From Bacilli bacterium (GTDB lineage: Bacteria; Bacillota_I; Bacilli_A; RFN20; CAG-826), in assembly GCA_900767825.1 (NCBI GenBank), contig CAAGAN010000038.1, positions 29,645 to 93,644 of the forward strand: DNA of 64,000 nucleotides, given 5' to 3'. A model generated the notes under the pieces. The model ran no database searches. It saw nothing but the letters and a program-made list of their open reading frames with translations, and was not told where the DNA came from. Positions 18,116 to 28,600 of this stretch are shown here, one piece after another. The stretch's first letter is position 1. Each line of letters starts with the position of its first letter. The position numbers were made by a program, and so were the translations under genes.

Positions 18116-20431
18116 TTATCTTTCTTTTTTCTTCTTACGCAATATAAGGCAAGTAGAGAAAGTAACGCTACCAATAGAGAATACAAGAAGGTGCGCTAAT
18201 AAAGATATATTGGTATCAATATTATTAATATATCTATCTATATTATTAGCATTAGTAGCATATACGCCTTCATTATAAGTTAATACCTTGCCTTCGCTTC
18301 TAGCCCATGCTTCTAATCTATTTCTAGCAGTAGATATTACATAATCACTAGATGAATTGAATAAATCCTTCTCTGTTGTGGATAGTGAATTAAGTTTATC
18401 TATTGCTATGCCTAATTTGGTCTTACATTGATTAGTCGTATCATTAATCATTATGTAGTTAGCTATATTAAGCGCAGATTCATTGCTACCATAAGTAACA
18501 ACAATTTCATCTAAATACATCGCACCACTATTAGAACGTAATCCAATGTATTTATATTTGCCTGTAATCGTTAATGATGTTGATGCCCCGTTAGTAATAG
18601 ACCCGAGTAAGGTACCACTAGGTGGATCGCTATATAAATCAATTGGACTTTTATAAGGGGCGTTAGAACCATAAATATCTAATTTCCTACCAGAAGCTGT
18701 TTTGGCATTCCATTTAACGGTTACGCTAGATAAATAAGAGGAACCATCATATTCAGTTGTAACAATACCGCTTGGGCTTTTCTCGCTCCTAAGTTGAATG
18801 ACATGCATATTCTTATTTCCGCCAGCACTATTCCCGGCATACTTAGCCCCTGAGCTATTTGTTTTAACCCAATCTGCATAAGTTGAATTAGTTACCCCAG
18901 TCCAAGCTCTATTCATTACATCATTAATAGAATTGGCTTCGACATATTTAGCTCTAGATACATTAACTACCAAATCAGTAACAAAAGAAGAATAACTAAC
19001 TGCATTCTTAAATGTCTTAGGTGTAACATCTCCGCCTTCAATCGCATCATCATAGGTAAACCGATAATTATTATTAACAAATCCAAAACTAGTAATGTCA
19101 TTACCTAAATCATCTTTAACATTAATATCATCTTTAGTAATGGTATCCCCTGGATGATATATCTTAGTAACATTAGCGGTTATACTAGTTGAACTAGAAT
19201 CAATTACATTAACATTGCATTCACCATATTTAGATGAATCAAAAGTAGATATAGCCTTAATAACGCAGCTACCTTTAGATTTAGCAGTTACTAATCCATT
19301 ATTATCAATAGATGCTACATTAGGATTGCTAGATATCCAACTAACTCCATTAGAAGCCCCATTAGATACATCTACAATAGCTTCTAAGATAGCAGTCATA
19401 TTGTTATTTAAATCTAATTGCAATGATGATGGATTGATAGTTACTTTATTAACTACAGGCGATGATGGATCTATAGGATTATCACCCCAGATTAAATTGG
19501 CATAATTGCTATTATCAATAAATGGATTCCTATTACCTTGATAAGTAGCAACTTTATCATTCCTTCTTCTTTCTATATCATCTACTGGATCAGATGAATT
19601 CCATCTTAATAACATCTTTAGTGCATCTTCTTCGGTATTATTAGCGGTTATATTAGTTAACGGTAGTAATGTAGATGAAAAATATGATGAGCTACCATTA
19701 TTCCCATTAGTAGAAGCATATCCATCAAATAATGAACTAACTGAATATGAATTGTAATGTAAATATAGATATAGGACTATTCTAGCTACATCACCTTTCT
19801 TGTTATCTAGGGGTTCAAAGGTTCCACCAGATACATATCCACCTAATGCATAAGTTAGATCATTGCCAAACTTAGCATATGTCTTATGTGAATCCCTATT
19901 AGGTACCTCGCCGAAAGGATTGTTGCCCCTAGTGCTATTTAGTCTTGTTTCAGATGGCCTAATATGGTGCATATCGGCTCCACCGCCAGTCGTACCCCAT
20001 AATCCAGTACTTTTGGACTGACACCAAACATGTTCCCTATTGTAGCCACCGCTAGTATTGCCAGCATTTGAATTCCATCCATCAGGCCACTTAACCCCTG
20101 AATAGAATTCATAGATATATCCATTTGCTGGTGAACCATTTTCATAATATCTATCAGTTTCTTTTTGATAACCATTTTTGCCATTATCATCATAGATAGT
20201 ATATGTTCTATGAGTAGACGTAATTAAATCGTGTAATTGGCCTGCTAAAGGTTTACCACTTGTAGCGGTTATATTCTGATAATAACTAGATGCATCAGTA
20301 GAATAATTACCTACCGCTGCATATGTAGGAGCTACATCATTATTAATATTGGAATTAATAGAAATACCAATTCCAATAGATAATGATGCTCCTAGTAAGG
20401 ATAATAATAATTTTGACTTAATTCTTTTCAT
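18116..20431 (-). CDS. Membrane-anchored extracellular endonuclease I family nuclease with a Big_2 domain
   Basis: N-terminal signal peptide. Endonuclease_1 motifs YNREHVWCQS, DMHHIRPSETRLNSTRGNNPFG and YQGNRNPFIDN. Big_2 motif VSWISSNPNVASIDNNGLVTAKSKGSC. C-terminal TM helix followed by RKKKKER. Confidence 0.85.
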   Translation of the reverse strand: MKRIKSKLLLSLLGASLSIGIGISINSNINNDVAPTYAAVGNYSTDASSYYQNITATSGKPLAGQLHDLITSTHRTYTIYDDNGKNGYQKETDRYYENGSPANGYIYEFYSGVKWPDGWNSNAGNTSGGYNREHVWCQSKSTGLWGTTGGGADMHHIRPSETRLNSTRGNNPFGEVPNRDSHKTYAKFGNDLTYALGGYVSGGTFEPLDNKKGDVARIVLYLYLHYNSYSVSSLFDGYASTNGNNGSSSYFSSTLLPLTNITANNTEEDALKMLLRWNSSDPVDDIERRRNDKVATYQGNRNPFIDNSNYANLIWGDNPIDPSSPVVNKVTINPSSLQLDLNNNMTAILEAIVDVSNGASNGVSWISSNPNVASIDNNGLVTAKSKGSCVIKAISTFDSSKYGECNVNVIDSSSTSITANVTKIYHPGDTITKDDINVKDDLGNDITSFGFVNNNYRFTYDDAIEGGDVTPKTFKNAVSYSSFVTDLVVNVSRAKYVEANSINDVMNRAWTGVTNSTYADWVKTNSSGAKYAGNSAGGNKNMHVIQLRSEKSPSGIVTTEYDGSSYLSSVTVKWNAKTASGRKLDIYGSNAPYKSPIDLYSDPPSGTLLGSITNGASTSLTITGKYKYIGLRSNSGAMYLDEIVVTYGSNESALNIANYIMINDTTNQCKTKLGIAIDKLNSLSTTEKDLFNSSSDYVISTARNRLEAWARSEGKVLTYNEGVYATNANNIDRYINNIDTNISLLAHLLVFSIGSVTFSTCLILRKKKKER

Positions 20432-20564
20432 AGCTGTAATAAATATAAGAGTTATTTATCTAGCAATAGAATACCAAGAATAAGGATTATTTAAAAGAAT
20501 ACAAGGTTAAAGAAAAGAGACCCTACTTTATCAATAGAGTCCCTTAATAGTTAATCTTTAATGA

Positions 20565-22142
20565 TTAGTTTTGTTCTTTACGTTTTCTGATAAAGAAGAA
20601 TGAACCAATAGCAGCAGCACTAGCACAGGCAATTAGAGAAATTACCATAATGTTGTTAGTGGTATTAGCCTTGAATAATTGATTGGCTAAGCTAGCGGTA
20701 ACACCTCTACCAATGAAGTCATTGATTTCGGTATGAATAGCACTATAACGTTTTACGATATGATCATATCTAGCCATGGCCTTTTCTAAATCAGTTCCGG
20801 CATTGTTAGCAACTGCCTCTTTGACAAGCTTCTTAGCACCATCAGACAATGCATTAAATTCAGTCTTTAATGTAGCCCAAGCAGTCTTTAATGCTTCGCT
20901 ATTGTCTTTAGTTCCATCGGCGCAGGCATCAACTGTGTTATTTAAGAATGAGGTTCCAAATGCTAATGCATCTGTGGTAGAAGTATCAACAAAGTCTACG
21001 TAAGTAACAGTTATAGACACAATTCTTCTATGTCCGCTTGTGCCACCAACACTAAATGTAACATCTTGAGCATTCCCAAGCCAAGTTGGGGAATTAAATT
21101 TTCCCTTGTCAGTTGTAATTACATTAGCATCTTCACCCTTTTCAAAAGCAAGGGTAATAGAAGCCAATCTTTTTGAGGTGTCGTTTAAGATTATTTTAAA
21201 TGTATTCCCGCCATAAACACGGACGGCCGCTCCGGTGTCATAGTAAACTGGGGAGTACTTTTCATTAGTACCTTTATTAAAAATAACCTTAGTGGTTGAA
21301 TTAATATCGGCTTCCGATATCTTTTGACTATCGCTATAGCCTTTCTCGGAAAAAACAATACTATGCGGTTCTATCAAACCGCTCCAAGTAACGTTTATAG
21401 AGTTAGAAATTTGATTGCCGTCGCTAGCAAGAGCAACCGATGTTGCAGTAATAACGGCCTGCCCACTTGCGGTTTTTAAAGTCAAAAGTCCTTCTTTGGA
21501 AACAGCGGCGTTCTCATTACTGGAAGACCAAAAAACTCTACTGTCTGTCTGAGTGCTTTCGTTATACGCAACGACAGCGGACAGTTGTTTAGTATATCCT
21601 ATTTTGTCTTCAGTAACTTTTAATTCAGAAGGGTTAATAGTTACGCTCTTCGCAGTAAGAACAACGGTGGACTCCATCTCGTACGAAAAGGTATTCAATT
21701 GCAATTGCCCCTTTCCTCCGAGTGTAAATACAACCGATTTAGAAGAACCGGTCCAAACGCCTTCACCATCGCTGGATGGATGAGCATAATTGGTAACATT
21801 TGAAGTTACGGAAGCAAAAACTTTGCTTCCCTGCTTTTCCCAATTAAAAACTATTTTTGAAATGTTAGAATCGCTTTTAGAAGCTATAGTAACAGTGTTT
21901 TTGGCGTACAAGCGCAAACCTTCTTCATACCACTTAGGGGCGTTAGATCCGCTGCCTTTTGCAAAAGTAGCTGTAATTGTCCCATCATCTATCTTTGCTT
22001 CACTAGTTACAGTAACTACTTTTGAAGCTGCCTCTACTCTAGCAATCTCACTATGAGTATTACTAGTAATTCCAATTCCGACACCTAGGCTCAAGGCCAG
22101 TCCTAAGGTCCATCCAATTAGTCGTTTCTTGATGTTTTTCAT
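20565..22142 (-). CDS. Surface protein with a Big_2 domain, a duplicated uncharacterised beta-rich module and a C-terminal TM anchor; paralogous in parts to the nuclease
   Basis: The signal peptide LGLALSLGVGIGITSN resembles that of 18116-20431. Big_2 motif VFWSSSNENAAVSKEGLLTLKTASGQAVITATS. The C-terminus has a TM helix followed by RKRKEQN. Confidence 0.7.
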   Translation of the reverse strand: MKNIKKRLIGWTLGLALSLGVGIGITSNTHSEIARVEAASKVVTVTSEAKIDDGTITATFAKGSGSNAPKWYEEGLRLYAKNTVTIASKSDSNISKIVFNWEKQGSKVFASVTSNVTNYAHPSSDGEGVWTGSSKSVVFTLGGKGQLQLNTFSYEMESTVVLTAKSVTINPSELKVTEDKIGYTKQLSAVVAYNESTQTDSRVFWSSSNENAAVSKEGLLTLKTASGQAVITATSVALASDGNQISNSINVTWSGLIEPHSIVFSEKGYSDSQKISEADINSTTKVIFNKGTNEKYSPVYYDTGAAVRVYGGNTFKIILNDTSKRLASITLAFEKGEDANVITTDKGKFNSPTWLGNAQDVTFSVGGTSGHRRIVSITVTYVDFVDTSTTDALAFGTSFLNNTVDACADGTKDNSEALKTAWATLKTEFNALSDGAKKLVKEAVANNAGTDLEKAMARYDHIVKRYSAIHTEINDFIGRGVTASLANQLFKANTTNNIMVISLIACASAAAIGSFFFIRKRKEQN

Positions 22143-22391
22143 GAGTCTCCTTTTCTACCCCTTTTATGTAATAAATAGGTAAATCAGTCTTAATAGACAA
22201 CCTATTTTGATATATAAATATATATATTTCAATACTCTATATACTTAAAATGCGTGATAATCGATTCTTTTTATTTGAATTATTACAAAATAACCAACTT
22301 TGATTTACATTCTAGATAGATGAGTAATCATTTTTAGCATTGTGTATATTAGGTTTTTTCTATGCTTTAATAGGAGTAAATCATTTATTTA

Positions 22392-25300
22392 TCAACTGTT
22401 CAACTTTTCGAATTTAGACATTGATTCAATACCTTCTTTTAACTCACTTATTTTATCTTCCACCAATTGCCTATGATCTATAAAAGAAATATCGTCAGGA
22501 ATTATTTTTAATAAGCTTTCACAATAAGACATCTTAGAGTTTAATACTGAAACGGCTCCATCATTTAATACTTCGAGAGATGGGAATTCGAGAAAATCTT
22601 TAAATAGATCTTTTGATACACCGATACTAATTAATTTCTTAGCATATTCAATCTTTGTTCCATGGCCAAGCCCACGAACGAGATTATTTAAGCATTTAAT
22701 AGAATCATTATCTTTATGCGAATTAAGATAGGAACTAAGCCATGTCGATTGTTCAGCAGTCAACTCCATTCCTCCTTGTGCAGAATAAAAGCCGAACATT
22801 AAAGTTTCATTATTAAAACGATTTGGAGTCATTCTAAAACGCATGAAATCTAACATTAAATTTCCGATGGAAATATATTCATTGCATTTCCAAATTGATT
22901 TCATTCTTTCAGCACTTTCATATGACATTTGTCCACAAAGCAATAATCCTAAAACCACTGCGGAGAACTTTATGTCCCTATCAACAATCAGTTTAAGATA
23001 ATTTCCCTCGTAGTCGAAACTATAATTACCGTTTTTTAAACTCAAACAATACAGTTTTTCAAGCAAGGAAATATTTTCTGAAAGCAAATAATTAAACATG
23101 CCTTTGTTTTCATCAATCAGCGAGCAAAAAACGCTTTGATATCGCCCGTTTTCGGGCTGTTCCGATATCTCGAAATACTTTTTTAAAAACAAATGTATCT
23201 TATCAAAAGGAATCTTGCCATGTAAAAAATAGTTAATATCAAAATCTTTAGGTAACGCTACTTTTATATCTTCGAGATATCGGTCGAAAATGGTCATTGC
23301 TGATGGCCTATCAAACTCAAAAGCTTTCTCGAAAAAATAAGTGATAAACTTTTCTTTGAATCCACCTCTTGTGCCATTAATAATTTTTGAATATGCATCA
23401 TTAGCGCCCACTTCTTCAATGACTCTATCTATAAGAAGGTAATTGTAACCGACAACTTTGTCTGTGACGTTGGTAAAAGCCAAAAACGAGTCAATCTTAT
23501 TGTACATTTCTTTTTCGGGGAACGTAGAGAACCACATCTTAACAAATTTGATAATCGATTCGTTAAATGACGATGAGAATTTAATTATTTCGTTAAACAA
23601 TTCCAGTCGCTTAAAGTTAGTATCGAACGACGATTTTTTAGTTTCTTCTAAAACTAATTCGTCTCTTTTTCTTTCCTTCTCGTAATAATCACCTTTAAAC
23701 CGATAATTGCTCTTTTCTATAATAGGCAAAATAAGATTCAATTTGTCTTTCAGACTTTCTTCCATAAATTCACAGCGAAGTTTAAAGAAATCCAGTGTAT
23801 TTTTTAAATCGAGGTAAATTGCGAGTTCATGGTTCATGTCCCTATCGCTTTTTTCTTGCAATTTTGTTCCAATCGTCTTTAAGTCCTGCTCAAATATTCC
23901 AACATTCTCTTTGTTTGGGCTCCAAGAGAAATATGAATCAAGCGAACCGTAAGCATCACTGCATTCAAAGAGCACATCAAAACATTTTTTACGCAGTGTG
24001 GAAAGATTTTCGTCTCCAGGCCTAACGGTCATTATATTATAGTCGGGACTATTGCCTATGCTTTCAACATATGGAATATCAAATTTAAGCATCTCCAAAC
24101 AATATTTCTTAAGAAATTCTATTGAACATTCTTCTTTTTTATTAAGGAAATATGAAAGTATAAAAATCTGAGCATTATATTTGTGGTAGCATGATTTCCT
24201 CGATATTCCATTTCGCTGAACAAGAATATAGGTTATGCTCTGACTATCGATTAGTTTTGAACAAATCATTTTCTCAATAATTTGGCAACACGTTTTTGGC
24301 CTGACATTTAGAAGGGACGAGATTGCAGAAAGTCTCCAATCTACATTTCCATTTGTTACGCCTGACCACGAGTCTTCCTTTTCATCAGTGTGGTCTCGTA
24401 AAAACTGCAACGAATTAGCCTCATTTGCCAAAGCAAATTTCGCGCAGAACAATTTCAAATTTTTAACGTTTCCTTTTTCAACTAAGTCATTCCACGAACG
24501 CTTAACTTCTTCAGTTATATAATCCATTCCCTCTTTGGAATTAAACATGCTTCCAAACATATTTATCATTACGACAACGTTGTCGTAATATTTTTCAGAG
24601 AAAACATCCATAAACGAAGAGAGACTTAACAATCTCTTCTCCAAAAAAACATAATAAGAAAGATAATCAGCTAGACACTGGTCAGAAATTTCGACCACAC
24701 CATCCTTAAATAACGAAACTATATCGTTATCATAAAGATAATTTATTGCTTTCTTAAAATCTTCTTTGGATACATTGGTAAATTTAAGAATTGGATCCTC
24801 ATCTTTAAGATCTTCAATTGATAGTTTCTTTAAAAGACATACAATTCCAATAACTTTCAGCAATTCGTCGCTTTTATCGTTCCATTCCTTAATTCTTTTT
24901 ATCCTGTCACAATAGTAATTTGCAAAAACCTTTGTAACGTTAAATAAAGTAGAAGGCCCATTTTTAATTGATCCTTCCGCAGCCATAAAAGCTATACGTG
25001 GATTCCCCTTTGCCACTTGAACAATTTTCCTTAAATACTCAATGTTGGTAATCCCGAGATTACTTTTAACTATTGATTCAATGCTTTCATCAGAAAGAAT
25101 ATCTATGGCTGATATTTTATATTGCAGCTCTGCGCTTCTTAATTCGTCTTCCAAATCATCCATTAAATAATTTCTAGACGTTACAATTACATTCTTGCCT
25201 TTCAGGATTTGAATAACATCCGGGACGCTATTCCCAAAAGAGCTTAAATCATCGACTACAAAATGGTCACATCCAACGGTTGATTCCCTAATTTCTTCAA

Positions 25301-26036
25301 GGTTTGGATTTCCGACGGCCTTAATAACAAGCCACTTCTCCCCAATTTTTGTTTTAGCTTTAGCGTATTCTAGTGCAAGCATCGTTTTCCCAACGCCTGC
25401 GTTTCCAGTTAAAACAACAAATTGATTTTCTTTAAACGAACCCTCGACTGATTTAATTTCTGATTCTCTGAAATCAAACTTTTTATCTAATGATGGTGAA
25501 AGTGATTTTTTTGTTTCATTAATAAACTCGTCAATCTCAAACACGCATTTAGAAAAAGGCACTGGAATCCCTAAAAAATCCGATGCTAAACTTTGAAATC
25601 TATTACATATATCAGATGCAATATCTTCTAGCCCATACGCATTAAAATTGATATTTTTCTCTTTTAGTTCAGTGGTTATCTTAAAGTATATGGAATTATT
25701 AATTGCTCTTCCCATGTGACAAAAGGCTATTTCTTCTATCGCGCCCATATCTATTCCTGCTTTGCTTTCATCAATGCAGGCCTCGACATCTGATTTAATC
25801 TTTTTCTTTAAATTTTTACTTTGTGTCGTGCACTCGACCAAAATAAAAGATGAAGAATCCTTCTTTTTTAGCAAAAAATCAGGGTGTCCTTTCGTTGTTT
25901 TGTTGCTTCCTAACGATCCACCATTTGCCTGAACCAAATAATCAGGATGCTTCTTTTTGAATAGTTCAACACATAGTTTTTGAAACATGCCACCTTCTAA
26001 GGTAAGCAATCTCTGCTCAATAGTATTAATATTCAT
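22392..26036 (-). CDS. Stand-alone STAND (NB-ARC-like) NTPase with an N-terminal restriction-endonuclease-like domain and a roughly 800-aa helical C-terminal region (Avs/bacterial-NLR-like)
   Basis: N-terminus GHPDFLL...FILVECTTQSK. Walker A VLTGNAGVGKTMLA and Walker B HFVVDDL. NVIVTSRN is TTR/RNBS-B-like and KGNPRIAFMA is GxP-like. The long C-terminal region has no motif I recognise. Confidence 0.7.
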   Translation of the reverse strand: MNINTIEQRLLTLEGGMFQKLCVELFKKKHPDYLVQANGGSLGSNKTTKGHPDFLLKKKDSSSFILVECTTQSKNLKKKIKSDVEACIDESKAGIDMGAIEEIAFCHMGRAINNSIYFKITTELKEKNINFNAYGLEDIASDICNRFQSLASDFLGIPVPFSKCVFEIDEFINETKKSLSPSLDKKFDFRESEIKSVEGSFKENQFVVLTGNAGVGKTMLALEYAKAKTKIGEKWLVIKAVGNPNLEEIRESTVGCDHFVVDDLSSFGNSVPDVIQILKGKNVIVTSRNYLMDDLEDELRSAELQYKISAIDILSDESIESIVKSNLGITNIEYLRKIVQVAKGNPRIAFMAAEGSIKNGPSTLFNVTKVFANYYCDRIKRIKEWNDKSDELLKVIGIVCLLKKLSIEDLKDEDPILKFTNVSKEDFKKAINYLYDNDIVSLFKDGVVEISDQCLADYLSYYVFLEKRLLSLSSFMDVFSEKYYDNVVVMINMFGSMFNSKEGMDYITEEVKRSWNDLVEKGNVKNLKLFCAKFALANEANSLQFLRDHTDEKEDSWSGVTNGNVDWRLSAISSLLNVRPKTCCQIIEKMICSKLIDSQSITYILVQRNGISRKSCYHKYNAQIFILSYFLNKKEECSIEFLKKYCLEMLKFDIPYVESIGNSPDYNIMTVRPGDENLSTLRKKCFDVLFECSDAYGSLDSYFSWSPNKENVGIFEQDLKTIGTKLQEKSDRDMNHELAIYLDLKNTLDFFKLRCEFMEESLKDKLNLILPIIEKSNYRFKGDYYEKERKRDELVLEETKKSSFDTNFKRLELFNEIIKFSSSFNESIIKFVKMWFSTFPEKEMYNKIDSFLAFTNVTDKVVGYNYLLIDRVIEEVGANDAYSKIINGTRGGFKEKFITYFFEKAFEFDRPSAMTIFDRYLEDIKVALPKDFDINYFLHGKIPFDKIHLFLKKYFEISEQPENGRYQSVFCSLIDENKGMFNYLLSENISLLEKLYCLSLKNGNYSFDYEGNYLKLIVDRDIKFSAVVLGLLLCGQMSYESAERMKSIWKCNEYISIGNLMLDFMRFRMTPNRFNNETLMFGFYSAQGGMELTAEQSTWLSSYLNSHKDNDSIKCLNNLVRGLGHGTKIEYAKKLISIGVSKDLFKDFLEFPSLEVLNDGAVSVLNSKMSYCESLLKIIPDDISFIDHRQLVEDKISELKEGIESMSKFEKLNS

Positions 26037-26182
26037 TCAAATCGTCCTTTCTAGATTGATTTTCATCTTTCCGATTATGACTTAAAAATATCTTTATGGT
26101 GTTCCCCTTAAATTTCTACCATTATTATCTCACTATTTATAACTACAAAGAATGATTTGTTGATGCCCCTAAATACAAAATA

Positions 26183-26224
26183 AACCCCCACTACTAATCA
26201 TGATAATGATGTTCATGGGGGTTA
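26183..26224 (-). terminator. Intrinsic terminator after gpmA
   Basis: The minus strand has an AACCCCCA...TGGGGGTT stem (8 bp, large loop) followed by TATTTTGTATTT. Confidence 0.55.
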
Positions 26225-26254
26225 TATATAAATGAATAATATTTAGCTAATTGA

Positions 26255-26962
26255 TTATAGGTAATATTTATCTAGAACCTTTAGATCTTTTTCATCTAGT
26301 TCATAGACAAGTGGCTTACCAGTTGGTATTTCAACAGAGATTATTTGCTCTGGGGTTAGATGTTCTAACATCATAACAATAGCCCTTAAAGAATTACCAT
26401 GTGCTGCAATTAACACTTTCTTGCCTTCTTTGATTAATGGGGCAATCTCACTATCGAAGTATGGTTTAACTCTTTTAGCAGTGTCAATTAGACATTCAGT
26501 TAATGGGCAATCTTCGATAGTCATTTGACCTTCTTTAATAAGGTTTTGGTACTTTTCTTGATTACCTGGCCATCTTTCGTCATCTTTAGTTAATGCTAGA
26601 GGTGGAACATCGGCACTTCTTCTCCAGATATGGACTTGTTCATCGCCCCATTTTTTAGCAGCGTCAGCCTTATTTAATCCTTGTAAGGCTCCATAATGAC
26701 GTTCATTAAGTCTCCAGGAATAATTCTTTGGAATAGAAGTTTCTCCCATTTCTTCCAAAACAAAATCCATCGTGTGGTTAGCTCTCTTTAAGCTAGAAGA
26801 GAACGCTACATCAAAGGTATATCCCTTTTCTTTTAATAACTTACCAGCTTCATGAGCTTCCTTAACCCCATTTGGAGATAATTCGACATCAGTCCAACCA
26901 GTGAATAGATTAAGTAAATTCCATTCAGATTGACCATGTCTTATCAAGACTAATTTAATCAT
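26255..26962 (-). CDS. gpmA: 2,3-bisphosphoglycerate-dependent phosphoglycerate mutase
   Basis: [41 protein letters not shown] and AAHGNSLRA are dPGM hallmarks. Confidence 0.95.
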   Translation of the reverse strand: MIKLVLIRHGQSEWNLLNLFTGWTDVELSPNGVKEAHEAGKLLKEKGYTFDVAFSSSLKRANHTMDFVLEEMGETSIPKNYSWRLNERHYGALQGLNKADAAKKWGDEQVHIWRRSADVPPLALTKDDERWPGNQEKYQNLIKEGQMTIEDCPLTECLIDTAKRVKPYFDSEIAPLIKEGKKVLIAAHGNSLRAIVMMLEHLTPEQIISVEIPTGKPLVYELDEKDLKVLDKYYL

Positions 26963-27205
26963 TTCAATTTATCCTTTCGAAACAAGATGAATTATAAATC
27001 AAAGAGTTATTAATCTAAAGAAAGACTTTAGATAGATAATCAAAAAAAGAACTGTTTGTTACTTGATAGAACCGTTGTAACAAATGGTATCCAAGCAAAA
27101 AATCCACCAAACGACATGTTGCTTCTTATTATCTTTTAAATATAAGTCAACAGAAGTTTCGACATGTACCGAAATTAGATACCTATAGCTGCGGAAACAT
27201 ATCAG

Positions 27206-28246
27206 TTATTTACGGTAATACATTGCGTCTTTATACGAACCAATTTTAATAATTTTTTCTTCTTTAAGTAGTTTAGACAAAACCATTTCAATTAATTGCT
27301 CGCTGATATCCGGAAGATGATCTTGAATCCCTTTTTTTGAAATTGGTACAAAAACATTTAGCAAAAGAGTCTCGATTCTTTCGGACTTTGATAATTTCTT
27401 GTCGATTTGAGAAAATACATTTTCATCTAATTTCATATAACATTCATAAAGGATTCGAATCATATAAAGCATGAATGGTTCATAGTTGTTTTTATTGTTT
27501 TGCCATTCAATAGATGATTCTTGAAGGGTTCGATAATATTCACCTTTGTTTTCATTTATCATATTCTCAATTGAAATAAACCTTCCAATATCGAAACCAC
27601 GTTTATATAAAAGCAATAAAGTCAGAAGTCTAGACATTCTTCCGTTTCCGTCATCAAATGGGTGAACGCAAAGAAAATCTAAAATAAAACATGGTATTAA
27701 TAGCAACGGATTAATATTTGCGTTATGGCTTGCTTCGTTAAAAGCAATCAACATTTGGTCAATTGATTCTTCGACTTCTTTTGGGGCGGTAGGAACAAAA
27801 ACAACATATTTTTTTCCATCCCTTGTTTCAGCAATAATATTAGGTTCTTTTTTAAACCGGCCTCTATTCTCACTTTCTGCAACATCTAATAATTGTTTAT
27901 GTAGCGATAAGATAGTCGTTTTATCAAAAATAATTCTTTCGTTAAAGGTGTGAATGTTGTTAAGAACATTTCTATAGCCGATAATTTCTTTTTCAGGATG
28001 TGTAAAGGCGGTGTTATCGCCGGCAGCAATTTCATCAATACGTTTTTCAGTAGTATGGATATTCTCGATGGCATTACTACCTTTGATAGAATCCCTAACG
28101 GCTTTTTCTTTTAACTTTTTGAATAATTTTGGATTGTCTTTTAAACGAACGCTTTCTTTGCCTTTGATATCATAAATAATAGCGGTCAAATTTAGTAATC
28201 TAGCAGGTACTTGGTTTTCTAAAAATGAATAATCGAATTTTCTCAT
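27206..28246 (-). CDS. Fic family protein (AMPylase-type)
   Basis: Canonical Fic motif HPFDDGNGRMSRLL, with an N-terminal Fic_N-like region. Confidence 0.9.
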   Translation of the reverse strand: MRKFDYSFLENQVPARLLNLTAIIYDIKGKESVRLKDNPKLFKKLKEKAVRDSIKGSNAIENIHTTEKRIDEIAAGDNTAFTHPEKEIIGYRNVLNNIHTFNERIIFDKTTILSLHKQLLDVAESENRGRFKKEPNIIAETRDGKKYVVFVPTAPKEVEESIDQMLIAFNEASHNANINPLLLIPCFILDFLCVHPFDDGNGRMSRLLTLLLLYKRGFDIGRFISIENMINENKGEYYRTLQESSIEWQNNKNNYEPFMLYMIRILYECYMKLDENVFSQIDKKLSKSERIETLLLNVFVPISKKGIQDHLPDISEQLIEMVLSKLLKEEKIIKIGSYKDAMYYRK

Positions 28247-28270
28247 TAATGTTTTCTCTTTTCTGCTTAA

Positions 28271-28298
28271 ATTATATCATATTTTAGGCAGTAAACAA
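28271..28298 (-). promoter_or_regulatory. Putative sigma-A promoter for the Fic gene
   Basis: Minus strand: TTGTTT, 16 nt, then TGaTATAAT (extended -10). It is flanked or overlapped by two TACTGCC direct repeats 20 nt apart. Confidence 0.4.
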
Positions 28299-28600
28299 CT
28301 ACTATGGGCAGTATTTCAAAAAGATTTGTTATTTGACAGAGCCGTTGCAATAGGGTCACGTAAAAAGTTCAGAAATTCGTTAAACTATCCTATTTTATTG
28401 CGATAACTTTGTCATCTAACATAAAACCGAGCATCAAACTAAACTAGTTAGATTAATAACTTACTGATTAAATATATTTTAAGGCACTGCTTCTATTTCT
28501 TTAGATTATCAATCATCGTCTTTTTATAAAATTATTAGTAAAGGTCAGAAACGTGATACAATACAGTTAATTATAATTAACTATTAAAGGAGAATTGGAT

